A DNA stretch of 64,000 nt from Promethearchaeota archaeon (GTDB taxonomy: Archaea; Asgardarchaeota; Lokiarchaeia; Sigyniarchaeales; SOKP01), in the NCBI GenBank assembly GCA_048940445.1, contig JBHLON010000019.1, positions 1 to 64,000 on the forward strand. The letters are read 5' to 3'. Numbering within the stretch: the stretch's first letter is position 1; each line of letters opens with the position of its first letter. Shown here one piece after another: positions 1-10,275 of the stretch. The notes beneath the pieces are model-generated. The model saw nothing but the letters and a program-made list of their open reading frames with translations. It was not told the origin of the DNA and ran no database searches. The translations under genes and the position numbers were made by a program.

Positions 1-53
1 AAAATTTAGAGATTAATTCAAAGAAAAAATTGAAACAAATAATTATAGAAATT

Positions 54-1544
54 TTAATGGAAGACTGGCCTTCCTTTTTTATGAATAGCTACACCAAATA
101 CATCTTCTGCGGCTTCTAAAACCATTTCTGAAATAGTAGGATGACTGTGGATTACCTCTCCAACTTCATGAACTGTCAATCCATGGTGCATCGCTAAAGC
201 TATTTCTGCAATGAGTTCGGAAGCTTCAGCTCCGATACAGGATGCACCAATGATCTTATGAGTCTTATTATCAGCTAAAATCATTAAAAATCCCTCTTCA
301 TGACCAGCACACTTCGCTTTTCCTAATGATGCATAAGCAAATCTTCCCATAGCTACATCTATTCCTAAATCCTTTGCATGGCTTCTTCTCAATCCTACTG
401 AACCAATATTAGGTTTAGTAAATATCGTTGCTGGAATTACATGATAATCTGTTGTTCTCTCTTTTACTGGGAAATCTCCGATACTTGTTAGAGCGTTTGC
501 AACAGCCACATCTCCCATATAACTAGCTACATGTGCTAGCATTGGAGCACCTGAAGCCGCTACATCTCCAATCGCATAAATTCCCTTTATGGTCGTTTCA
601 GTTGTCTTAGTATCGATAGTAATAGCACCTCTTTGAATTTGAATTCCAAGATTTTCAAGCCCTAAATTTTGAGACTCTCTTGCTCGACCTATTGATACTA
701 AACAATAATCTGCTTCATAAAAGAATTTTTCAGCACTGTCGATTTGGTCTCTAGGGACATCAGCAGAACATGTAGTAGCTTTTACTCCGGATCCAGTATT
801 TTCAACAGATATTACATTTTGAGAAACATGTACCTTTATACCTAAATTAGTTAATTTCTTTTGTAATTCTTTTATAATCATCGGTTCTTCTGTAGCGATT
901 GGTGATGAAAGGAATTCTAAAATCTCTACTTTTGAGCCAAAAGTAGAAAATATGTTGGCAAATTCACAGCCTATAACCCCTGCTCCGATAATAAGCAATC
1001 GTTCAGGAACGATCTTAAAATCAGGATGAAGAATATCATCACTAGTTAGAATCCTATCATGATCTATATTGAAAGCTGGAATCATTGCGGGAGAAGACCC
1101 CGTAGCAATAATCACCCTTTTTGTCTTAATAGTTTTTGTTTCAGTTCCCTCAATTGATATTTCGAAACCTTTATCTGCGTTACCTCCAATAATTTTCCCA
1201 TACCCATTATATACGTCATTTTTCCAAGCTTTTTCTAAGCCAGCGATTCCCTCTACTAACTCTTGTACTACTTTATTTTTTCTCTCAACAGCCTTACCAA
1301 AATCTAATGTAGGATTACAAGAAATTCCGAATTCTTCTCCCTTTTCTTTTATCTCATGAACTAATTCAGCGGAAGCGTACAATGCTTTAGTTGGAATACA
1401 CCCCCAATTAAGACATGTACCACCTAATTTTGCTTTTTCGATTAAGGCAACTTTAGCGCCATATTGTGCAGCTCTAATAGCAGCATGATAACCACCTGGT
1501 CCAGCACCTATTATTGCTATATCATATAGTTCATTTTCACTCAT
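54..1544 (-). CDS. lpdA: Dihydrolipoamide dehydrogenase (E3)
   Basis: GAGPGG FAD motif, redox disulfide GGTCLNWGCIP, GAGVIG NAD motif, C-terminal HPTISE. Confidence 0.95.
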   Translation of the reverse strand: MSENELYDIAIIGAGPGGYHAAIRAAQYGAKVALIEKAKLGGTCLNWGCIPTKALYASAELVHEIKEKGEEFGISCNPTLDFGKAVERKNKVVQELVEGIAGLEKAWKNDVYNGYGKIIGGNADKGFEISIEGTETKTIKTKRVIIATGSSPAMIPAFNIDHDRILTSDDILHPDFKIVPERLLIIGAGVIGCEFANIFSTFGSKVEILEFLSSPIATEEPMIIKELQKKLTNLGIKVHVSQNVISVENTGSGVKATTCSADVPRDQIDSAEKFFYEADYCLVSIGRARESQNLGLENLGIQIQRGAITIDTKTTETTIKGIYAIGDVAASGAPMLAHVASYMGDVAVANALTSIGDFPVKERTTDYHVIPATIFTKPNIGSVGLRRSHAKDLGIDVAMGRFAYASLGKAKCAGHEEGFLMILADNKTHKIIGASCIGAEASELIAEIALAMHHGLTVHEVGEVIHSHPTISEMVLEAAEDVFGVAIHKKGRPVFH

Positions 1545-1676
1545 CTAAGAATTCACTTTCTAATTTTTTATGTATTCAAATCTTTTTAGATAATGATATT
1601 TAATTAAATTATACAACTAATTTTAAGTTTAATAAAACATATGGTATTGTTAAATATTTAGAGAGATTCTATTAAT

Positions 1677-3110
1677 ATGACTCAAAGGTTTATTAAGAAT
1701 TATGATCAATTATTATCTGAAGAATTACCGCAAAGATATAAAATTTTAAGAGAAATTGTACTTAATGCACTAGAAATAGCTATTATTTCTATTAAACCTG
1801 ATAAATTAATGCAAAAAGCAATCAAACTTAATAATAATAATTTAGTCATTAATGGAAAAGTCTTCGACCTTAATGATTACCATAAGATATATATAATTGG
1901 TGGGGGGAAAGCAACAGCAAGAATGGCACTTTTTTTAGAAAAAGTATTGGTAGATTATGGAGATATTGATTATGAAGGAATCATAAATGTTCCCGATAAT
2001 TTAAATTTAAAGGAAAAAGATTTTCCAAAGAAAATTGAACTCAATTTTGCATCACATCCTACTCCTGATGAGAGAGGTTTAAATGGAACAAAAACAATGA
2101 TACAAATGATAGAAAGAACTTCAGAAAATGATTTAATTATTTGTTTAATTTCAGGAGGCGGGTCTGCTCTATTACCTTTGCCAAAAGAAAACATATCCTT
2201 AAAAGATTTACAGAGTATAAGTTCATTATTACTAGCTTCTGGAGCATCGATTGATGAGTTTAACTCGATTCGGAAACATATATCTGATTTCAAAGGAGGA
2301 AATATAGCTAAGAAAGTATATGAATGCAGTGGAGCTACCCTAATTGCTTTAATAATGTCTGATGTTGTTGGTAACAAGCTAGATACTATTGCTTCAGGTC
2401 CTACTGTTCCAGATTCTACTACATATAAAGATGCCTACAAAATTTTAAAGAAATATAATTTAATAGAAAGAATTCCATCTTCAATTAAGGAAATAATTGA
2501 GGCAGGATTAAGTAATCCCGATTTAGAGAACCCTAAAAAAGAAGATATTTATTTCGGCAAGGTTTTTAACTTTTTAATTGGTAGTGTAGAAACTGCTGTC
2601 CAGGAAATTTCTAAATATTTTGATCAATTAGCAATTAGCTATAAGTATTTCTCTAGAAATATTATTGGAGAAGCAAGAGACTTTGCCTATAATCTCTATA
2701 AAATTATCTCAAATGAAGCAAAAACATTATCTACTAAAAAAAATATGAAAAAACGTATTGCTCTTTTAGGAACGGGGGAACTAACGGTAACTCTTAAGGG
2801 GAATGGGGTTGGTGGTAGAAATCAGGAATTACTACTTAGTTATTTAGATATTATAAGGAATAAAAATTTAGAATATGATTATGTTCTTTTAGCAGTAAAT
2901 CTTGATGGAATTGAAGGAAACAGTAAAGCCATGGGAGCTTTAATTGATAATTATTTAGTAAAACAAATAATCTATAAAAATGTTGATTTACAAGAATTTT
3001 TAATTAATAATAATTCAAATTCATTCTTTAAAATGGTTTGTTCTGAAATAGTTACAGGTTCAACTGGAAGCAATGTCAATGATTTAATTATAGCATTGCT
3101 TTCTATATAA
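1677..3110 (+). CDS. Glycerate kinase type 2 (MOFRL family)
   Basis: GGGKA, SHPTPD, LISGGGSAL, SDVVG, IASGPT, GGRNQE and TGSNVND motifs. Confidence 0.9.
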   Translation: MTQRFIKNYDQLLSEELPQRYKILREIVLNALEIAIISIKPDKLMQKAIKLNNNNLVINGKVFDLNDYHKIYIIGGGKATARMALFLEKVLVDYGDIDYEGIINVPDNLNLKEKDFPKKIELNFASHPTPDERGLNGTKTMIQMIERTSENDLIICLISGGGSALLPLPKENISLKDLQSISSLLLASGASIDEFNSIRKHISDFKGGNIAKKVYECSGATLIALIMSDVVGNKLDTIASGPTVPDSTTYKDAYKILKKYNLIERIPSSIKEIIEAGLSNPDLENPKKEDIYFGKVFNFLIGSVETAVQEISKYFDQLAISYKYFSRNIIGEARDFAYNLYKIISNEAKTLSTKKNMKKRIALLGTGELTVTLKGNGVGGRNQELLLSYLDIIRNKNLEYDYVLLAVNLDGIEGNSKAMGALIDNYLVKQIIYKNVDLQEFLINNNSNSFFKMVCSEIVTGSTGSNVNDLIIALLSI

Positions 3111-3131
3111 CATAAACATTAAGATAGAAAA

Positions 3132-3335
3132 ATGAGAGAAGATAAAGAAGGAATAAAGATTAAAGGAATAAATAACAATTTTATAAGAACCTGTCCCGTG
3201 TGTGGATATACTTTTAGAATCTTTGATCCTAAAACAAAGAAAAAGGTAACCATGTGCCCTATGTGCGGACATAAGTTTTTAGACCCAGATCTTAAACCAG
3301 ATGATAGGGATCAGTTGAAAAAAAGATTTTTCTAA
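3132..3335 (+). CDS. Small zinc-ribbon protein
   Basis: CPVCG...CPMCG in a 67-aa ORF. Confidence 0.75.
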   Translation: MREDKEGIKIKGINNNFIRTCPVCGYTFRIFDPKTKKKVTMCPMCGHKFLDPDLKPDDRDQLKKRFF

Positions 3336-3471
3336 GGAAAAAAAAATTTATTCTCTGAATTAGCGAAAAAATCTTTTTTAACTATCGTGTTTATATTTAT
3401 TTTACTAATCAAATATTTATTAGTCTATAAATAAATCAACTCACAAAAATGTAAATATAGGGAAATCTAAT

Positions 3472-5637
3472 ATGGCACGAAAGAAAGATAAGAAAAAACG
3501 AGAAGAAAGGCGAATGGGTTGGGATGCTACAGAAGCAGATGAAGCAAAGGTTGCTGAAGGTTTAAAAAGAACAGATATGGATGAAGGAAAAGTTCGATTA
3601 GTTGATAGAGATATATCTACTCCCGTAATAGAAACATATGACGCTGATACAGGAGCTCTTGAAGGATCGATTCTATTGAAGGATGGAAATCGTGAAGGTC
3701 TACTAGCATTAGTTAAAATTGTTGAAGATGTAAATACTGAACTTGACCATGATGGTAATATAGAAGCGATTAATTTTAAAGGTAAATTCAGTGTTGAGAA
3801 TCCCAGTAAAAAAGATAGATTATGGGATATAGATTTAAGCTTAAAAAACATTGATGAAACAAATTTAAAGTCAAAAGAATTAAACATTCGAGAATTAGGA
3901 ACTGACCCGGATACAAACGCAGAGACTCAAGATTTTTTAATTAAAGGGGAAGCAAAAAATCTTTTACTTATAAAAGAATATGTGAATACACTTCCTAATG
4001 CTGATGATGTGTTAAATATTAGGGATATCGAGAATGATTTAATGAAATTAAAAGATAAAAAGGCTAAAGCAGGTTCTGGTGTAAAGCAACGAAAAGTTGA
4101 AGTAGAGGAAGAAGAAGAAGAGGAAGAAGAAGATGAGGATGAAGAAGAAGATGAGGATGAAGAAGATAATGATACATATGATGTTGCTTCAACATCTTCA
4201 TTACAGTCCTTTGGCATTTCTATTGATAAGGAAAATACAGTCACATTTGCTATTGCAATGAGAAGTCTATTTGAAAAGACTATCTCAAATGTAAAGATGG
4301 TTAAAAGTATCCCAGATGATTTTAAAAATCCATCCGTTAGAGAAACAAACATTGGAAAAGCAGAAGTTGAAAATGGTAATGTTGTATGGAAAATTGAGAA
4401 ATTACCACCAGAAAGGACTGCTTTATTAAAGTTTACTTGCGATATAATGGTCACCGATATAACAAAAAGGAGAACAGGTCCAATAGAAGTAACATATGAA
4501 GGGTCATCTTCATTTGCGGGAGGTCTCGCTGTAGATAAATACGATGCATATTCTAGAAATAAATTTTATGTGGATACAGTAGAAAGAGATGAAGAACCGG
4601 GAGTCTGGGATTGTAAATTGGTATTTGAAAATCCATCTGAGTTTATATTCCAATTGTTTAATGCTGACGTCTATGCTCCCGATGATGAATCTACAAAATT
4701 CGTAGACATAGATCCACAAGACGTCCCATTGCTTCCTGCTGGAGCACAATGGCATTCCACTAAATGGCGATATGAATCTGAAGAATATCCGGCATTTAGA
4801 AAGAAACTCGAGTTTCGAGTTATGCCTGACTTTCAGACAATGGTAAACGGTACAATAGATATTTCTGATGTAATATTAGAAATCGCCAGTATTACCGGTG
4901 ATATGAAATATGATATTACACAAGTTCCGACATATAAAGAACAGGATGTAGAAACTACTCTAAAAATAATAAATAATGGTTCTGCTCCCTTAGATCAATT
5001 AATTATATCACAACAATACTTTACCAATGAATTTCAACCACCAGAGGCATCTGAAATCACAATGCTCTGGGATAATAAAGAAATTGAGTTATCATCTGGA
5101 GCAGTAAGTTTTGACGGGAGAATTTTTAGAATTAGCTTAAAAGATTTGAGAAATTCTGACACAGGAATGTTTGTACCAGAATCAAGTCTAGCATTTAAAT
5201 ATCCCATTCATTGTATAAACCCTGTCCAAGAATCTACTTTTGATTCTCAAATTGTATATAACGCAAATACGTATCCACTGTCTCAAGAATTAGAATTTAT
5301 GCCTGAGGTACCAATAATCGAAGCCTTACACTTGAGAAGAAAGTTCAGAATTGGAAAGGAAGTTTTACATATTGGTGACTTAGGGAATTATAAAATCATA
5401 TTAACAGTAGAAAATATAGGTACTGCACCTCTCCAAAACATGATTTTGATGGATAAAGTGCCTGATCAATTTGAATACGGTACATATAGCGAAAAACCAG
5501 AAATAACTGACGAAGTAGGGGAAGATACTCTAAAATGGACTATTGATTTATTAAATGCTGGAGAAAAAGTAGAAATAACATATGAGATAAATGGTACTGG
5601 TGAATATAGTCCAAGTGATGCTCAGCTTGGATTATAG
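3472..5637 (+). CDS. Acidic cytoplasmic beta-sandwich protein with putative mu-homology domain (adaptor medium subunit/delta-COP-like) and C-terminal Ig-like domains
   Basis: Segments VKIVEDVNTELDHDGNIEAINFKGKF, NVKMVKSIPDDFKNP..IGKAEVENGNVVWKIEKLPP and GPIEVTYE..AGGLAV resemble MHD strands in order; no signal peptide. The ORF is certain, the fold call is by eye. Confidence 0.6.
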   Translation: MARKKDKKKREERRMGWDATEADEAKVAEGLKRTDMDEGKVRLVDRDISTPVIETYDADTGALEGSILLKDGNREGLLALVKIVEDVNTELDHDGNIEAINFKGKFSVENPSKKDRLWDIDLSLKNIDETNLKSKELNIRELGTDPDTNAETQDFLIKGEAKNLLLIKEYVNTLPNADDVLNIRDIENDLMKLKDKKAKAGSGVKQRKVEVEEEEEEEEEDEDEEEDEDEEDNDTYDVASTSSLQSFGISIDKENTVTFAIAMRSLFEKTISNVKMVKSIPDDFKNPSVRETNIGKAEVENGNVVWKIEKLPPERTALLKFTCDIMVTDITKRRTGPIEVTYEGSSSFAGGLAVDKYDAYSRNKFYVDTVERDEEPGVWDCKLVFENPSEFIFQLFNADVYAPDDESTKFVDIDPQDVPLLPAGAQWHSTKWRYESEEYPAFRKKLEFRVMPDFQTMVNGTIDISDVILEIASITGDMKYDITQVPTYKEQDVETTLKIINNGSAPLDQLIISQQYFTNEFQPPEASEITMLWDNKEIELSSGAVSFDGRIFRISLKDLRNSDTGMFVPESSLAFKYPIHCINPVQESTFDSQIVYNANTYPLSQELEFMPEVPIIEALHLRRKFRIGKEVLHIGDLGNYKIILTVENIGTAPLQNMILMDKVPDQFEYGTYSEKPEITDEVGEDTLKWTIDLLNAGEKVEITYEINGTGEYSPSDAQLGL
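4098..4170 (+). repeat. GAA/GAG/GAT low-complexity tract encoding poly-Glu/Asp
   Basis: Encodes EVEEEEEEEEEDEDEEEDEDEEDN. Confidence 0.9.
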
Positions 5638-5799
5638 TTTTTCTTTTATTCTTTATCTATTATTTTTTTTTATAATCTTTTTAAAATCAAAAGCATTAAT
5701 TAGATTTAGAATACGTTCAATTATATTTTTAAAATTAGAAACGCATTTATTATCAATGGTTCTATATTAATTAATTCTATCATATTAAAAACTTAGAAT

Positions 5800-7476
5800 A
5801 TGTCCGCTCTTAATAAAAATTTTAACTTAAACTGGATGTTTGAAGCTCCTGAGGCTGTTTTAACATGCTCAACTCTGAGATGTGAAGACAAATGTTATTT
5901 AGTATTTGGTGGACACGATAAGACCTTATACTTAATGGATGACGAGTTAAATATTCTTGATAGCATCACTTTTGATGGATGGGTAAGAACTACGTATCCC
6001 ATTGATATTACTGGAGATGGATGTGATGAGATTCTTGTTGGAGCTGGTGATGGAAATTTCTTAGTGGTAAAATTCGTTAAAGGTATAAATAAATTAGCAG
6101 GAATAATGAATTTTAAGACTAAGGGTAAAGTTTTATGCGTAACTGCTGGGGATTTCACCAGAGACGGAAATGTTGAGCTAATTTATGGGGGAGAAGATAA
6201 GACTCTCAAAATTTTTAAGAATATAGACGCAACAGACCCTCAATTTACACTCTATTATGATTCTTGGGTGACAGCATGTAATATAGATTATTTAAAGTTA
6301 CCAAAAGTAGAATTTCCTATTAATGGATTGTTAGTTGGAACAAAAAATGGGTTACTCCAATTAATTCAATCTATTGAAAGCAAACCAGATATAATTTGGC
6401 AGAAAGATCTCGGATCTCAGATTAATGCTATTCAAATCGGTGACGTAACTAATGATGGATATCATGAAATAGTAGTTGGTTCTGATGATTCTACCATCTC
6501 AATCTTTAACAGTGAAGGTGAGAGCTTAAAAATTATAAATATTGAAGAAGGTCGTCCAGTTTCATTAAAAATTGCAGATATTGATGGAGATAAAGCGAAT
6601 GAAATCCTTGTAGGATGTGCTGATGGGTCCTTAAGAATCTATCATAACACAAAATTAGATTCAACTGATATTGAGTTAAAATGGAAAACATCAAGCTCAA
6701 CTTCAATAAAAATAGTATCAACTATGCCAAATCCAGAAGCAGAGTCACCAAATATTATATTTGGTGGTTATGACAGGAGTATTCGATGTATAAATGATCT
6801 TGAGTGTGGAGAAAAACCTGTTTTAGAAATACCACAAACAGTTGATACATCTGAACAACAAGGATCACCAGCAGAGGAATCTCCTGAAAAAACTCTCAAA
6901 TTAGAAATAGTTCCTACAAATATTAGAGAATTTATTTTTAAAGATTTAATTGATAAAAAGATCATTCAAGAAATTGCTAATGATTTAGAAAAAAGAGGCT
7001 ATCTTAAAGATAGAGTTATTGAAGAATTTGAGAAGATGATTACTGAGAAACAAGATAAATTTGAAAAAGTTACCTATTCTATTTGGACTTTACCTGAAGA
7101 TAAAATTGGTTTAGGAGGGGCTGTAGGAGCTCCTGTCAAAAAGAGCAAAAAGATAACACCTATTGTAATTGAACAGGAGGCCGAGAAACCTAAAGGTGAG
7201 GCATTAATTGATGCTTTGACTAAAGAAACAGAAAAAGAGAGTCCGAAAAATGCAAGAGCCCCACAAGGGACAATAACAGAAGAAAACTTAAGAACAATTA
7301 TCATTCATCATTTAGAAAAAAATAGAATTATTCCAACAAAGACTAAATTTATCGAAGATATTGTCATTTTAGGATATGACAAGGATTTAGTAGAGACACA
7401 AATTGATTTATTAAAAAATCAAGGAATTATTGCCTATTCTCGATCAGATCCAAAAGGATGGTATTTATCTAATTAG
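5800..7476 (+). CDS. FG-GAP/WD40-like beta-propeller protein (BBS2/ITFG-like repeats) with C-terminal winged-helix-like region
   Basis: Repeats DITGDGCDEILVG, DFTRDGNVELIYGGED, DVTNDGYHEIVVGSDD, DIDGDKANEILVGCAD; no signal peptide. Confidence 0.75.
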   Translation: MSALNKNFNLNWMFEAPEAVLTCSTLRCEDKCYLVFGGHDKTLYLMDDELNILDSITFDGWVRTTYPIDITGDGCDEILVGAGDGNFLVVKFVKGINKLAGIMNFKTKGKVLCVTAGDFTRDGNVELIYGGEDKTLKIFKNIDATDPQFTLYYDSWVTACNIDYLKLPKVEFPINGLLVGTKNGLLQLIQSIESKPDIIWQKDLGSQINAIQIGDVTNDGYHEIVVGSDDSTISIFNSEGESLKIINIEEGRPVSLKIADIDGDKANEILVGCADGSLRIYHNTKLDSTDIELKWKTSSSTSIKIVSTMPNPEAESPNIIFGGYDRSIRCINDLECGEKPVLEIPQTVDTSEQQGSPAEESPEKTLKLEIVPTNIREFIFKDLIDKKIIQEIANDLEKRGYLKDRVIEEFEKMITEKQDKFEKVTYSIWTLPEDKIGLGGAVGAPVKKSKKITPIVIEQEAEKPKGEALIDALTKETEKESPKNARAPQGTITEENLRTIIIHHLEKNRIIPTKTKFIEDIVILGYDKDLVETQIDLLKNQGIIAYSRSDPKGWYLSN

Positions 7477-7480
7477 TTTT

Positions 7481-7918
7481 TTAAATAAGAAAACTTTCAA
7501 TCTCTTTTTTGAAGGAGTGAAATTGACTTAATTCTGTAAAATCTTTATTTTGAAACCTTGATATAAACAATTGTAAGATAATTTGAAACTTGCTAAGAAA
7601 TTTTTTCACAATTTTGTCAGTATCTCTCTTTTTCTTATCTATTAGACCGTATAGAATTATAGGTTCTGGTTCATGGCAATCAGAAGTTTTAATTTCGGAA
7701 GCTTTGAATATAAATAGAATGTTATTAGATTCAAGGTATTCTAAAGTTAGATTATTAAAAGCATTCTTTGCAAAAGTATCTATTGCTGAAATAAATGCTC
7801 CTCTTAAATCCTTGCTCCCTTCACTAAAATTATCTTGCTCATCCAATATCTCGGAAGTATAGTTTACTAAAACAAATCCTCTAAAAACTATTCCGAGTTC
7901 ATAAAGACCTTTCATCAT
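7481..7918 (-). CDS. Longin-like domain protein
   Basis: 145 aa; beta-beta-alpha-beta-beta-beta-alpha pattern with DLRGAFISAIDTFAK helix and C-terminal F..F...I, typical of Asgard longins. Confidence 0.65.
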   Translation of the reverse strand: MMKGLYELGIVFRGFVLVNYTSEILDEQDNFSEGSKDLRGAFISAIDTFAKNAFNNLTLEYLESNNILFIFKASEIKTSDCHEPEPIILYGLIDKKKRDTDKIVKKFLSKFQIILQLFISRFQNKDFTELSQFHSFKKEIESFLI

Positions 7919-8043
7919 TCCCTAAAATGTTAGATTAAATGGCTAGACTATAAAATTAGAAAAAATTTTCATATTTAATTTTAAACTAAATTCCTAATGA
8001 ACTACTCCTCCAATAGAAAAAATAAGTTTTAAAAATTTTTAAA

Positions 8044-8847
8044 TCAGTTATCTCTTTTCTTTAATACTATAGCTTCTTCTGGGCATTTATTAACACATAT
8101 CCCGCATCCAAAACATAGATTCGATTTAAATTCTAATTTTTTATTGATTACTCTTGCTCCAAAATAACACCATCTTGAACATATTCCACAATTTTTACAT
8201 TTATTTAAGTTAGTTTCAGCAATAAAATCACTTTTAATAATTTGAGGACTTCCCATTTTTAAAAACTTGCTCAGAACAATACAACAGCATGGACAGCAAT
8301 TACAAATCACATAATAATAAAAAGGATTTGGGAAGAATATGATCTGATGTATCAAACCCCTATCTTCAAATTTGATTAAAAGTTGTTTAACACGTTTCTT
8401 AGAAATCTCTCTTAAGTTTTCGGACTTGAACGGTATTTCATGTAGAGAATTCCCATACGATAAATGTATGCAAGTATTTAGAGGATGAGTACAATTTGCA
8501 GTAATTTCGTGCTTTCTTTGTGTATCTCTACAATAACAAGTAGCAAGACCCACAATATTAGACCTACTTATTAATTCTAATATCTCCTGAGATGGAAGAA
8601 ATTTAACATGAGAATCAATACTTTGAGATATTGGAATTACTCTTCCACCCCATTTGGCTTTAAATATGTACTTAATTACAAAATTAAGCGAATTAATATG
8701 AAAAATTTTTCCAGTTAAACGAAGAAACTCTAAAATATAATATTCCAAAAATCCAAAAATTGAGGAGAATAATTTACCTAAGACTCTAATCCTGATAGTA
8801 ATTAAATCAAAAAATGCTTGATTTCTTCTTCGCTTTAAAATACTCAA
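8044..8847 (-). CDS. 4Fe-4S ferredoxin-domain protein
   Basis: CYCR, ICNCCPCCC and two CxxCxxCxxxC motifs. Confidence 0.85.
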   Translation of the reverse strand: MSILKRRRNQAFFDLITIRIRVLGKLFSSIFGFLEYYILEFLRLTGKIFHINSLNFVIKYIFKAKWGGRVIPISQSIDSHVKFLPSQEILELISRSNIVGLATCYCRDTQRKHEITANCTHPLNTCIHLSYGNSLHEIPFKSENLREISKKRVKQLLIKFEDRGLIHQIIFFPNPFYYYVICNCCPCCCIVLSKFLKMGSPQIIKSDFIAETNLNKCKNCGICSRWCYFGARVINKKLEFKSNLCFGCGICVNKCPEEAIVLKKRDN

Positions 8848-8937
8848 TTTTAAACGATTTTAGAAGATTAATTTAGCTTCAAAAAATATTTAACAAATAT
8901 TAATTGTTATGCTTTTTTTCCAAAAAATAGGATCAAA

Positions 8938-9480
8938 ATGAATCACAATAATAAGTTTTTAGGATTTGGTCTTTTTACAATATTGATTTTTATGCTTCCT
9001 ACCTGTTTTTTGGGAAATTTCCCAATTGTTGGAAAATCAAATAATCTAGATTTAAGATTAAACGATTTTGATGATATTTTTGGTGAAATCTTTATAATAA
9101 GGCCATCAAGTTCAGATATTTTAAAAATAGGGGAAAATTTTACTATTAAATGGGAGTATAAGGGTTCGATTGACCTAGTTTCAATCGCATTATATAATGG
9201 AATTAATTTTTTCCATATGATTGCTATAGTAACAATTAATGATGGTGAATATTCATGGTTTATTGCTAATTATACTGAATCAAATGATTATTCAATAGGA
9301 ATTTGGGATTATAATGATTTTAATAATAATGATTTTAGTGAATTTTTTACAATTACATCCCTTTCAAATAATAATTTAAATCATTTGATTTATCTACTGA
9401 TTGGACTCTTTCTTAGTATCCCATTAATCAGTGTCCTATATTACCTGATAAAATTAAGAAAACCTTCTCTTTCAGTATAA
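8938..9480 (+). CDS. Secreted, C-terminally anchored protein with a Ser/Thr-rich GPI-anchored-family-like Ig domain
   Basis: N-terminal hydrophobic segment; GENFTIKW..V.I.LY..NDGEYSW..Y.I..SEFFTI pattern; C-terminal TM plus basic tail. Confidence 0.65.
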   Translation: MNHNNKFLGFGLFTILIFMLPTCFLGNFPIVGKSNNLDLRLNDFDDIFGEIFIIRPSSSDILKIGENFTIKWEYKGSIDLVSIALYNGINFFHMIAIVTINDGEYSWFIANYTESNDYSIGIWDYNDFNNNDFSEFFTITSLSNNNLNHLIYLLIGLFLSIPLISVLYYLIKLRKPSLSV

Positions 9481-9556
9481 AAGTGGAAATTAAAAGTTTT
9501 TAAATTATTAAATTCTTATTTAAATTATTCTAAAAAAATTATCAATTTGAAATAGC

Positions 9557-9805
9557 ATGTCTTCTGAAGAAGAATCTTCTCGCTTTTGTCCCTATTGTGG
9601 TATAGAGTTAACCCACCCCTATTGGGTTCACGTTCAGAAGGAACATCCAGAGAAATATAGTCAGAAGCAAACCTGGATTAAACTATATGAGGATTATAGG
9701 AAGTTAGGGATGGATCAAGACATTAGTCTTACTGTGATTTCTGAACTCTTCAATGCAACTACAGAAGAAGTGAAATCCTTTTTGAGGAATGCAAAAGTAT
9801 TGTAA
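9557..9805 (+). CDS. Small C2H2-type zinc-finger protein
   Basis: CPYC-x8-HVQKEH. Confidence 0.7.
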   Translation: MSSEEESSRFCPYCGIELTHPYWVHVQKEHPEKYSQKQTWIKLYEDYRKLGMDQDISLTVISELFNATTEEVKSFLRNAKVL

Positions 9806-9861
9806 ATCACGTAATTATTTAATGGAAATTAAAATAAATATAAAAAAAGATATAAGTCAAG

Positions 9862-10152
9862 CTAAAAATCTTCTTCGTCTTCTTCTAAAAATCCCGCCTG
9901 TTTTAATAAATCCTCAACAGAATCACGAGCTTTCATTACTTGTTCATTATCCGTTAATTTTAGATTTTCCAGAACAGAATCAGAAAATTCCATGAACTTT
10001 TTGATAGATTGTGAGGAAAAGTCTTTTATTTTTTCAGATGTTTCTTCAATAAAATCCTTTCCACTTTCACCGAATGCTCCTCCTACAAAATCTACAAATG
10101 CATCATTAAGTTTGTCCAATAGATTTTTTTTCTTTTCTCCTTGTTCATTCAT
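9862..10152 (-). CDS. Hypothetical acidic helical protein
   Basis: 96-aa ORF with ATG start and coding-like composition. Confidence 0.6.
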   Translation of the reverse strand: MNEQGEKKKNLLDKLNDAFVDFVGGAFGESGKDFIEETSEKIKDFSSQSIKKFMEFSDSVLENLKLTDNEQVMKARDSVEDLLKQAGFLEEDEEDF

Positions 10153-10275
10153 TTTTTACTTACCTTTTGAATTCATTTTGATATATTTTAAAAAATAAAT
10201 ACATAGATGTTAAATAATTTTTTGAAATCCTTAATCATGTTTTTCATATTATTTCGTTTTTATTAAATTAGTAAT

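Noticed and set aside
3927-4454. Antisense poly-Ser ORF and other antisense ORFs inside long genes
   Set aside because: Shadows of the sense-strand coding sequence
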